NCBI GenBank assembly: GCA_963675755.2
Contig: CAXXMD010000003.1
Location: 608,001 to 672,000 of the forward strand
Origin: a bacterium
GTDB taxonomy: Bacteria > Zhuqueibacterota > Zhuqueibacteria > Residuimicrobiales > Krinioviventaceae
Direction of reading: 5' to 3'
DNA: 64,000 nt
Part shown: one piece after another, positions 51,294 to 60,027 of the stretch
Layout: every line of letters starts with the position of its first letter
Position numbering within the stretch: position 1 is the stretch's first letter
Translations under genes and position numbers: made by a program
Notes under the pieces: model-generated
What the model was told of the DNA's origin: nothing
Databases searched by the model: none
Seen by the model: only the letters and a program-made list of their open reading frames with translations

Positions 51294-54179
51294 ATGTTTA
51301 AAACAAAACTACTAGTACTTTGCGGACTTGTCTTTACATTCTTTATGTTTGGATCATTGTCTGCTAAAGAATCAAAAACTACTACAAATACTGTCGATGC
51401 TGTCAAAGTATGGGCAAATGAAATGATGGATCCTGATCCGGAAAAACTCAATACCAACAATGGCAATCCGGTTCGTTACGGAACCAAAGCTGAACCCGGC
51501 TCTGAAAACATTGTTCGCTGGTGCGTTCAAAATGCAGAAGACTGGATGTTAATCAATTCTGATGATCCTGCAAGTGGTCCTTATTCCATGACCATTAGTA
51601 TTGGTGGAGAACGCATTCCGTCTGACAATTGCTGGCTTGATTTACGTCGGGAAGATGCTCCTGTAGCTGGTTATAACGTTCCTTTTGATGCCACTGGTAC
51701 CGACCGGGTTACTTTTTGGATCAAAGCTGAACCTGGTACAGCTCCATTGTGGTTCCTGGTACAGGGTTTTCAGCCTGACTATGATGGCACCACCTACTCT
51801 GGCGACAAACAGGAAACTGTTAATGCGTTTATCGATGGTGAAACCATTATCGTTAAAGACGCAGACGGTGGTTTAAAAGTATTGCGTGACAATCACTTTA
51901 ACGGTGAATGGCAATTTGTTAGTCTGCCATGGGAATTCTTGACAATGTCAGATTCAGCTGCTGTTGCTGAATTGCTACCCTGGAGTTTGGCATGGGAGGG
52001 TTCTTCTGCAGATTCTCGCGATGATGTTGCTTTTAGAGTTTCTGAAGTTCGTACAGTTAAATGGTTCACCAAACCTGCAAGTGAATTCCTCAAAGATCAA
52101 TATTGGGAATCTGATGACAACCTGTGGGGTCCTTATGGTATCAATCCTGAACGGGCTACATGGGAAATTGATGAAATTATGTTTGACACTTTTAATACTG
52201 ATGAAATTGATGACTGCTTGACACCCGAAGTTGATGTTTGGGCAAATGAAATGATGGATCCTGATCCGGAAAAACTCAATACCAACAATGGCAATCCGGT
52301 TCGTTACGGAACCAAAGCAGAACCCGGCTCTGAAAATATTGTTCGCTGGTGCGTTCAAAATGCAGAAGACTGGATGTTAATCAATTCTGATGATCCTGCA
52401 AGTGGTCCTTATTCCATGACCATTAGTATTGGTGGAGAACGCATTCCGTCTGACAATTGCTGGTTGGATTTACGCCGCGAAGATGCTCCTGTAGCTGGTT
52501 ACAATGTTCCGTTTGATGCCAGCAATACTGACAGAGTTACTTTTTGGATCAAAGCTGAACCTGGTACAGCTCCATTGTGGTTCCTGGTACAGGGCTTTCA
52601 GCCTGACTATGATGGTACCACCTACTCTGGCGACAAACAGGAAACTGTTAATGCGTTTATCGATGGTGAAACCGTTATCGTTAAAGATGGAAACGGTGGT
52701 TTAAAAGTATTGCGTGACAATCACTTTAACGGCGAATGGCAATTTGTTAGTCTGCCATGGGAATTCCTGACAATGTCAGATTCAGCTGCTGTTGCTGAAT
52801 TGCTGCCTTGGAGTTTGGCATGGGAAGGCTCTTCTGCAGATTCTCGCGATGATGTTGCTTTTAGAGTTTCTGAAGTACGTACTGTTAAATGGTTCACCAA
52901 ACCTGCAAGTGAATTCCTCAAAGATCAATATTGGGAATCTGCTGACAACCTGTGGGGTCCTTATGGTATTAATCCTGAACGGGCTACATGGGAACTTGAT
53001 GAAATTAAATTCCAAAAATCTAATTCTTGTGAATCATATCCTGCAGAAATTGCGGTATGGGACAATGCAATGATGGATCCTGATCCGGAAAAACTCAATA
53101 CCAACAATGGCAACCCGGTTCGTTACGGAACCAAAGCTGAACCCGGCTGTGAAACTATAGTTCGCTGGTGTGTTCAAAATGCTGAAGACTGGATGCTAAT
53201 CAACTCTGACAATCCTGCAAGTGGTCCTTATTCTATGACTATTAGTATTGGTGGAGAACGCATTCCGTCTGACAATTGCTGGTTGGATTTACGTCGCGAA
53301 GATGCTCCTGTAGCTGGTTACAATGTTCCTTTTGACGCAAGTGAAACAGATCGTGTAAGTTTCTGGATCAAAGCTGAACCTGGTACAGCTCCAGTTTGGT
53401 TCCTGGTACAGGGTTTTCAGCCAGACTATGATGGCACCACTTATTCTGGTGACAAACAGGAAACTGTTAATGCATTTATCGATGGTGAAACCGTTATTGA
53501 TATCAATGAATTAGGTGAATTGGCAGTTGTTAGAGACAGACATTTTACAGGTGAATGGCAATTTGTTAGTTTGCCATGGAAATTCCTGACAATGTCAGAT
53601 TCTGCTGCTGTTGATGCCATACTGCCTTGGAGTTTGGCATGGGAAGGTTCTTCTGCGGATAGTCGCGATGATGTTGCATTCAGAACTTCCGAAGTACGTA
53701 CCGTTAAATGGTTCACCAAACCTGCAAGTGAATTCCTCAAAGATCAATATTGGGAATCTGCCGACAACCTGTGGGGTCCTTATGGTATTAATCCTGAACG
53801 GGCTACATGGGAAATTGATGCAGTGTATTTCACATCCGGTTTTAAAGCACGTGAAGGTTTCACAACTGGTATTGAAGATTTGGATAAAGAAAGAATTCCT
53901 GCTTCTTATACTCTTTACAATGCATATCCAAATCCATTTAACCCAAGCACCACAATTCGCTACACAATTCCGGTATCAAACATGGTAACCGTTGATATTT
54001 ATAATGTTATGGGTCAAAAAATCCGTACGCTGGTTAATGAATATAAATCAGCAGGTACCTATGATATGGTATGGGATGGTCGTAACGATGCTGGTAACAA
54101 CATTTCCTCCGGAATTTATTTTGTCAAAATGCAAGCAAGCCATTTTAATTCAGTACAAAAGGTTACTTTGATTAAATAA
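51294..54179 (+). CDS. Secreted protein with three near-identical ~275-aa CBM-like repeats plus CTD
   Basis: Signal peptide; 3x WANEMMDPDPEKL...PFDA..TDRVTFWIKAE...GEWQFVSLPW...ATWEIDEI; AYPNPFNP CTD. Confidence 0.85.
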   Translation: MFKTKLLVLCGLVFTFFMFGSLSAKESKTTTNTVDAVKVWANEMMDPDPEKLNTNNGNPVRYGTKAEPGSENIVRWCVQNAEDWMLINSDDPASGPYSMTISIGGERIPSDNCWLDLRREDAPVAGYNVPFDATGTDRVTFWIKAEPGTAPLWFLVQGFQPDYDGTTYSGDKQETVNAFIDGETIIVKDADGGLKVLRDNHFNGEWQFVSLPWEFLTMSDSAAVAELLPWSLAWEGSSADSRDDVAFRVSEVRTVKWFTKPASEFLKDQYWESDDNLWGPYGINPERATWEIDEIMFDTFNTDEIDDCLTPEVDVWANEMMDPDPEKLNTNNGNPVRYGTKAEPGSENIVRWCVQNAEDWMLINSDDPASGPYSMTISIGGERIPSDNCWLDLRREDAPVAGYNVPFDASNTDRVTFWIKAEPGTAPLWFLVQGFQPDYDGTTYSGDKQETVNAFIDGETVIVKDGNGGLKVLRDNHFNGEWQFVSLPWEFLTMSDSAAVAELLPWSLAWEGSSADSRDDVAFRVSEVRTVKWFTKPASEFLKDQYWESADNLWGPYGINPERATWELDEIKFQKSNSCESYPAEIAVWDNAMMDPDPEKLNTNNGNPVRYGTKAEPGCETIVRWCVQNAEDWMLINSDNPASGPYSMTISIGGERIPSDNCWLDLRREDAPVAGYNVPFDASETDRVSFWIKAEPGTAPVWFLVQGFQPDYDGTTYSGDKQETVNAFIDGETVIDINELGELAVVRDRHFTGEWQFVSLPWKFLTMSDSAAVDAILPWSLAWEGSSADSRDDVAFRTSEVRTVKWFTKPASEFLKDQYWESADNLWGPYGINPERATWEIDAVYFTSGFKAREGFTTGIEDLDKERIPASYTLYNAYPNPFNPSTTIRYTIPVSNMVTVDIYNVMGQKIRTLVNEYKSAGTYDMVWDGRNDAGNNISSGIYFVKMQASHFNSVQKVTLIK
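51411..53820 (+). repeat. Intragenic tandem triplication (periods 828 and 819 bp)
   Basis: Units start at 51411, 52239 and 53058; long identical DNA stretches with mostly synonymous differences. Confidence 0.95.
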
Positions 54180-54205
54180 ATTCATTGTTAAATTAAGCTT
54201 TACAA

Positions 54206-54237
54206 TAAACGAGGAGCAAAATATTGCTCCTCGTTTA
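54206..54237 (+). terminator. Terminator-like hairpin after the repeat protein
   Basis: TAAACGAGGAGCAA-aata-TTGCTCCTCGTTTA. Confidence 0.75.
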
Positions 54238-54562
54238 AATATTATAAATCAAACCCTAATGAGTCATGTGTTCCAGTCATTAAGGTTTTAATACAAAGGA
54301 TGATACTTGAAAAAACAACATGAATAGATAAAATGACCTGCCCAAATGTTGTTTCTTTAATTATTATCTTTTGCGTTTAACAAAAGGATGTTTTGAAAAG
54401 TAAAAAAAATATCAATATATTTTCTGGCCCTAATAAAGAGCCACTGATTCTTGTATAATATAAATGAAAAAAGCTGCTTAATATAAAATTACAAGCATTG
54501 CATCGCAACGCTTACATGAATGTTCGATTGAATGGCATATCAAGTAGTATGAGGTTACGGAG

Positions 54563-55732
54563 ATGATAAAGAAAAAGTGTTTTGGATTTATCCCCACAAA
54601 AGGCGAAACGGTAGATGAACAATTCAAGAACTGCCTGTTACAATTAGAAAAAACTTTAAAATCGTTAAATTTAGATAATATCGATATTCTCAAACAAACA
54701 ATTTTCGTCAATGCAGAAAATAATACCCGTTATCTTGAAATAAAAAACAGACTGGTAAAAATTTTAGACGCAAATTTCAATTCTTCCACTCCCCCAACCA
54801 GTTTTGTAGGTCAACCGCCTGAAGAAAATAAACATTTAGCATTAGAAATTATTGTTGCTGAAAAAGTTGATGGTTACCAGATCCAGCAAAAAAAAGTTGA
54901 AAATATAAAGTATGTGGTCGTCCAGAATACTGACATGAAAGAAGTTTATGCAACCGGATTGACAATGTCTGATCTGAACAGTGGAATTTCAGAGCAATCC
55001 CAAAACGCGTTTAACAAAATGGAATTAATTTTACAAAACGAGGGGTTAGATTTTAACAATATTGTTCGTCAATGGAATTACATAGAAAATATTCTAGATG
55101 TTAAAACCAGTGACCAGAAATTAGAACAAAATTATCAAATCTTTAATAACGTTAGATCCACTTTTTATGGAAAAAGCTCCTTTAATAATGGGTATCCTGC
55201 AGCAACAGGCATAGGGATGAATGTTGGTGGAGTTATTCTCGATTTTATTGCAATTTCTTCTTCAAAAAATATTTCTATTTATCCTATAAAAAACCCAAAC
55301 CAGGTAGACGCGCACCAGTATTCAGAAAAAGTACTGGTAGGTGATAATGCTGCAAATAAAACCCGTCCCAAATTTGAACGTGCAAAAGTAGTTTCTAACG
55401 AGTCGGTTAATCAAATTTTCATTTCGGGTACAGCAGCAATTATAGGCCAATATACAATTAACGAAAACACTGTTTCAGATCAAACAATTGCTACTTTACA
55501 AAATATAAACAAACTGATTTCAATTGATAATCTAAAAGCACATGGTGTTTCAATTCGCGATAGCTTAAAAGGACCCTCATATTTAAGGGTTTATGTTAAA
55601 AACAAAAATGATATTCCTTTGGTAAAAAATTTATGCAACGAATTTTATAAAGAAATTCCTACATTGTTTCTTGTATCTGATATTTGCCGTAATAATTTGA
55701 CTGTAGAAATTGAAGGAATAGCAGATTTTTAA
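54563..55732 (+). CDS. Multi-domain Rid/YjgF protein, FkbO/Hyg5 chorismatase-like
   Basis: RQWNYI, YQIFN..R, YPAATGIG, NPNQVDAHQYS, PKFERA, FISGTAAIIG, RVYVK, DICR..L.VEIEG. Confidence 0.8.
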   Translation: MIKKKCFGFIPTKGETVDEQFKNCLLQLEKTLKSLNLDNIDILKQTIFVNAENNTRYLEIKNRLVKILDANFNSSTPPTSFVGQPPEENKHLALEIIVAEKVDGYQIQQKKVENIKYVVVQNTDMKEVYATGLTMSDLNSGISEQSQNAFNKMELILQNEGLDFNNIVRQWNYIENILDVKTSDQKLEQNYQIFNNVRSTFYGKSSFNNGYPAATGIGMNVGGVILDFIAISSSKNISIYPIKNPNQVDAHQYSEKVLVGDNAANKTRPKFERAKVVSNESVNQIFISGTAAIIGQYTINENTVSDQTIATLQNINKLISIDNLKAHGVSIRDSLKGPSYLRVYVKNKNDIPLVKNLCNEFYKEIPTLFLVSDICRNNLTVEIEGIADF

Positions 55733-55771
55733 AATGAACACAGTCAATTTTAAACTTGGAGGTATTGAGTT

Positions 55772-58375
55772 TTGAAGTTAACTATATCCAAAAAGATCAT
55801 TTTATGTGTGTTTACATGCACTATTTTATTCATGTCTCAGCTATTTTACTGCCAAAATAGCGATAATAAAGTAATTGAAAATTGGCAAAAGAATAAAAAT
55901 TTAAAGGGTAATCTTTCTATTACCTATCCTGAAAACAATACTGTATTTCCTCCAGAAATAGTAGCACCAACTTTTCTGTGGAAAGATGAAATAGAGCAAG
56001 CGGATAAATGGCTGGTTTCAATAAATTTAAAAGAACAATCAATCAATATATTTACAGAGCAGCAACAATGGCGGCCAGATTCAGTACAATGGGGAAAAAT
56101 TAAATCCCAATCAATAGAACAGAATATTCAGGTAGCCATTCTTGGCATAAGTGGATCATCTATCGTATCCGGCTCCAGTGTTGTCATCGGCACATCAAAA
56201 GATTCTGTAAATGCGGCAATTTTTTATCGTGACGTGCCATTGCCTTTTAAACATGCCCTCAAAAACCTGCATTCCATCAAATACCGCTTGGGTGATATCT
56301 CTCAAGATGGAGAATCTAAAGTACTGTTGGAAGATCTGCCAATTTGCGGCAATTGTCACTCTTTTTCGCGTGATGGCGAAACAATGGCTATGGATGTGGA
56401 TTATGCCAATGACAAGGGATCTTATGTTATATCTGATATTGAAAAAGTAACTCCGTTAACGTTAGATAAAATTATTACCTGGAGTGATTACAAACGAGAT
56501 GACGGAGAAACAACTTTTGGATTATTATCACAAATTTCCCCGGATGGACGTTATGTAGCGAGTACCGTTAAAGATCGTTCCATTTTCGTAGCCAAAGATG
56601 ATCTGGCATTTTCACAACTGTTTTTCCCAATCAAAGGAAGAATTGTAATATATGATCGTCAAACAAAAAAATATTTCCCTCTGCCCGGCGCCAGTGATCC
56701 ACAATATTGTCAGTCAAATCCTGTATGGTCACCTGACGGCAAGCACCTTATTTTTGCACGGGCAAAAGCATATCGTTCGGAAAAAATTGAACAGTATAAA
56801 ACAGCCGTAATACCAACAGAAGCTGCTGAGGAATTTATAAGCGGAGAAAAAGAATTTAAATTTGATCTTTATAAAATCCCATTCAATAATGGTAAAGGTG
56901 GCAAAGCAATACCCATAAAAGGTGCCTCAAAAAACAACATGAGTAATTTTTTCGCTAAACCTTCTCCTAACGGAAAATGGATTGTCTTTTCTCAAGCGAA
57001 AAACTTTATGCTGCTTCAACCGGACAGTAAATTAATGATAATGCCGGCTGAAGGCGGAGAACCCAGAGAAATGATTTGTAATAATACAACTATGAACTCC
57101 TGGCATTCCTGGTCTCCTAATGGTAAATGGTTGGTATTTGCCTCCAAAGAAAGAGGCCCATACACCCAACTCTATCTTACCCATATAGATGATAACGGTA
57201 ATGACACACCAGCGGTTTTACTGGAAAACCTGATTTTAGAAAACCGCGCCATAAATATCCCTGAATTTGTAAATAGAAAAAGTGAATCATGGGACAAAAT
57301 GGTCGATATTTTTTCTGATAGCAGTAATTATCCCTTACGTGTTGGACACGTTGCACTTTATTATGGAAAATATGATGAAGCGATAAAGTCATATACAGAT
57401 GCAATAAACCAAAATCCTCAAGATTATGGAAATTGGTATTCCAGATCAGTTGCGAATAAAAGAGCCGGAAAAATGCTTGATGCCATTGATGATTTAAACA
57501 AAACGTTAGAATTAAATCCTGAATTTACGGATGTCTATAAGGACTTGGCAGAAATCTATATACAAATGAAAAATTTCAAAGGCGCTGAAGAGTATTTTAA
57601 TAAAGCATTAAAAATTGACCCTAAAAACTCTTATATCTGGTCTGCAATTGGTGTCAGTTATGCCATGCGTAAACAATATGAAACCTCGATAGAATACTTT
57701 GACAAAGCAATAAAATTTGAACCGGATAGTGCGGCGTACTGGACAAATCGTGCAATATCTAAAAGATACCTTGGAAAACTTGACGCTGCAGTTAATGATT
57801 TGAATAAAGCGCTGCAACTGAATCCTAAATTCTTGCTCGCCAACCAGCACCTGGGTGATATTAATATGCAAACCGGCAAATACGCCGATGCAGCAAAAGC
57901 ATATACCCGGGCAATTGACGCAAAACCGGGTAACGCAGTTCTTTACCATATGCGAGGTGATGCTTATCTGAGATCAGAGAACTATCAACTCGCCATTAAT
58001 GATTACGATCAAAGCCTGATGCTGAACCCTAAAAATGTTGATATCTATCTGGCAAGAGGCGTTTCGAAAATGAATATAGAAGACTTTTCTAACGCGGTAA
58101 CAGATTTCGATAAATGCATTCAACTTAATCCCAAAGATATTGAGGCATACTATAATCGGGCTGAAGCAAAATATCAGATGGAACAGTATATAGAATCACT
58201 CCAAGACTATAGTATTGTTCTTGAATTAAATCCAAAATTTGCAGCGGCATTTTACAAAAGAGGTCTTGTTCATTTCAAAATTGGAAATAATAAGGAAGGT
58301 TGTTCAGATTTGCAGATTGCTCTGGATCTTGGTTATAAATATGCGCAATCTGCTATTAATGAATATTGTAAATAA
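55772..58375 (+). CDS. TolB-like (PD40) beta-propeller plus TPR protein with a CxxCH motif
   Basis: ICGNCHSF; SPDG/SPNG repeats (WSPDGKHL, WHSWSPNGKWLVF); about 10 C-terminal TPRs. Confidence 0.85.
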   Translation: MKLTISKKIILCVFTCTILFMSQLFYCQNSDNKVIENWQKNKNLKGNLSITYPENNTVFPPEIVAPTFLWKDEIEQADKWLVSINLKEQSINIFTEQQQWRPDSVQWGKIKSQSIEQNIQVAILGISGSSIVSGSSVVIGTSKDSVNAAIFYRDVPLPFKHALKNLHSIKYRLGDISQDGESKVLLEDLPICGNCHSFSRDGETMAMDVDYANDKGSYVISDIEKVTPLTLDKIITWSDYKRDDGETTFGLLSQISPDGRYVASTVKDRSIFVAKDDLAFSQLFFPIKGRIVIYDRQTKKYFPLPGASDPQYCQSNPVWSPDGKHLIFARAKAYRSEKIEQYKTAVIPTEAAEEFISGEKEFKFDLYKIPFNNGKGGKAIPIKGASKNNMSNFFAKPSPNGKWIVFSQAKNFMLLQPDSKLMIMPAEGGEPREMICNNTTMNSWHSWSPNGKWLVFASKERGPYTQLYLTHIDDNGNDTPAVLLENLILENRAINIPEFVNRKSESWDKMVDIFSDSSNYPLRVGHVALYYGKYDEAIKSYTDAINQNPQDYGNWYSRSVANKRAGKMLDAIDDLNKTLELNPEFTDVYKDLAEIYIQMKNFKGAEEYFNKALKIDPKNSYIWSAIGVSYAMRKQYETSIEYFDKAIKFEPDSAAYWTNRAISKRYLGKLDAAVNDLNKALQLNPKFLLANQHLGDINMQTGKYADAAKAYTRAIDAKPGNAVLYHMRGDAYLRSENYQLAINDYDQSLMLNPKNVDIYLARGVSKMNIEDFSNAVTDFDKCIQLNPKDIEAYYNRAEAKYQMEQYIESLQDYSIVLELNPKFAAAFYKRGLVHFKIGNNKEGCSDLQIALDLGYKYAQSAINEYCK

Positions 58376-58395
58376 TATCTAAGAGTTTGGTATAT

Positions 58396-58445
58396 TTCAA
58401 GATCAGGACACGTTGAAAAATACACTTTTAAATCCTGATCTTGAA
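58396..58445. terminator. Inverted repeat after the TPR gene
   Basis: TTCAAGATCAGGA-24 nt-TCCTGATCTTGAA. Confidence 0.45.
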
Positions 58446-58647
58446 TAAACTTTATAAATTAAATTTCTGCTCCGGTTGATATTAAGAATTATTTTATTGA
58501 CAAATAAAAACGTGTTTGAACGCGAGAAACAGAACCAAACTCCCCTGTTAATACAAAGCTTGATTCAAAAATAATAAATCCTGACATTTTAAAATTAATA
58601 TATTTAACAGCATACTATTTCGGTATGGATTAATAAAAAGGGAAATT

Positions 58648-59940
58648 ATGAAACTGCTCCAAAAATTAATACTCGTAAAAGCTCAGCAAAACAAAACAGG
58701 ATTAATAAAAGCCACTATTTCAATGCTTAAAAAAATGATATTACTATCAAGTATAATCATTTTAACCGGCTGTTCACAAAACGGACCAGATATTAACAAA
58801 AAATATCATTGGGATGATGACGGTATGCTTGTGATTGACGGGAAACGCACCTTTATTATCGGTTCCTATCATCTTCCCAAAGGCGACGATCCATATAAAG
58901 AGATCGCAAAAAAAGGTTATAATTATGTACGTGCAAATGCATCTCAGGAAGCCCTTGACGCAGCCAAAGATAATAATCTGAAAACATGGCTCTCTACGGG
59001 TTGTATTCGTGATGATCACCGCGAAGATGATCAAAAACGAATTGCAGAATTGGTTAATAAATTTAAAACACATCCTGCACTTTTATGCTGGGAAATTGCT
59101 GATGAGCCGGCCTGGACCTGGAATTCTGCTGAACCCAGAATAGAAGCAGAATTAATGATTGAAACCTATCAATTCATCAAACAAAATGATCCTGAACATT
59201 TGATATATACGAATCATGCCCCTACAAATTTGGTGTCAACCATGCAAAAATACAACGATGCCACAGATGTTGTTGCCTGTGACATTTATCCGGTTATTCC
59301 ACATGGAATTACACCCACATATGCCTTGTTTCCGGATGGTTTGCAAGGAGATTTATTAAATCCATACATCAGCCAGGTTGGCGAATATGTTGATAAAATG
59401 CTAAAAGTCACAAATCAGAACAAACCGCTTTTTATGGTGTTGCAGGGTTTTGCCTGGGAAATGTTAAAAAAAGAACCTGAGCGTAATTCGGCTATGATAC
59501 AATATCCTACTTTTAAAGAATCACGCTTTATGGCATATAATGCTATAATTCATGGAGCTGTAGGTATCAACTATTGGGGAACTCATTATACACCCGAGTC
59601 TTCACAATTTATGAAGGATCTTGACAACCTTACACAAGAACTTGCAGAAATGCAAGATATTCTGTCAGCCCGTTCATTTGAGCTTGATATCAATAAAGAG
59701 TATCATGAAATTGGCTATTCGGTAGATACCGGTGTAGAAATTCTTACCAAAAAAGTCAACAATAAAACCTATTTATTGACTGTTAACTCGCATAGAAAAC
59801 CCGTACGTGTGAGCCTTTCAGGATTAAAAGAATACAACAATGCGAAAGTCTTAAAAGAAGGCCGTACTCTTTCGATTAATGAGGGTATACTCTTGGATGA
59901 TTATAAACCATTTGATGTACATGTGTATGAATTGCAATAG
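58648..59940 (+). CDS. Putative glycoside hydrolase lipoprotein (TIM-barrel, clan GH-A-like, unclassified)
   Basis: LTGC lipobox (true start probably downstream); GYNYV, HPALLCWEIADEP, DVVACDIYP, VLQGF, AIIHGAVGINYW. Confidence 0.65.
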   Translation: MKLLQKLILVKAQQNKTGLIKATISMLKKMILLSSIIILTGCSQNGPDINKKYHWDDDGMLVIDGKRTFIIGSYHLPKGDDPYKEIAKKGYNYVRANASQEALDAAKDNNLKTWLSTGCIRDDHREDDQKRIAELVNKFKTHPALLCWEIADEPAWTWNSAEPRIEAELMIETYQFIKQNDPEHLIYTNHAPTNLVSTMQKYNDATDVVACDIYPVIPHGITPTYALFPDGLQGDLLNPYISQVGEYVDKMLKVTNQNKPLFMVLQGFAWEMLKKEPERNSAMIQYPTFKESRFMAYNAIIHGAVGINYWGTHYTPESSQFMKDLDNLTQELAEMQDILSARSFELDINKEYHEIGYSVDTGVEILTKKVNNKTYLLTVNSHRKPVRVSLSGLKEYNNAKVLKEGRTLSINEGILLDDYKPFDVHVYELQ

Positions 59941-60027
59941 CTTTATAAAATAATAAATTCTTTATATAACAGACACAAAAAAGTAACTGTTAAATTCAAT
60001 AATTCAAGACAAAGGAGCCTTATCTAC

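Noticed and set aside
51411-53820. Diversity-generating retroelement TR/VR pair
   Set aside because: The repeats are in-frame within one ORF, the differences are mostly synonymous and not adenine-specific, and no reverse transcriptase is present.
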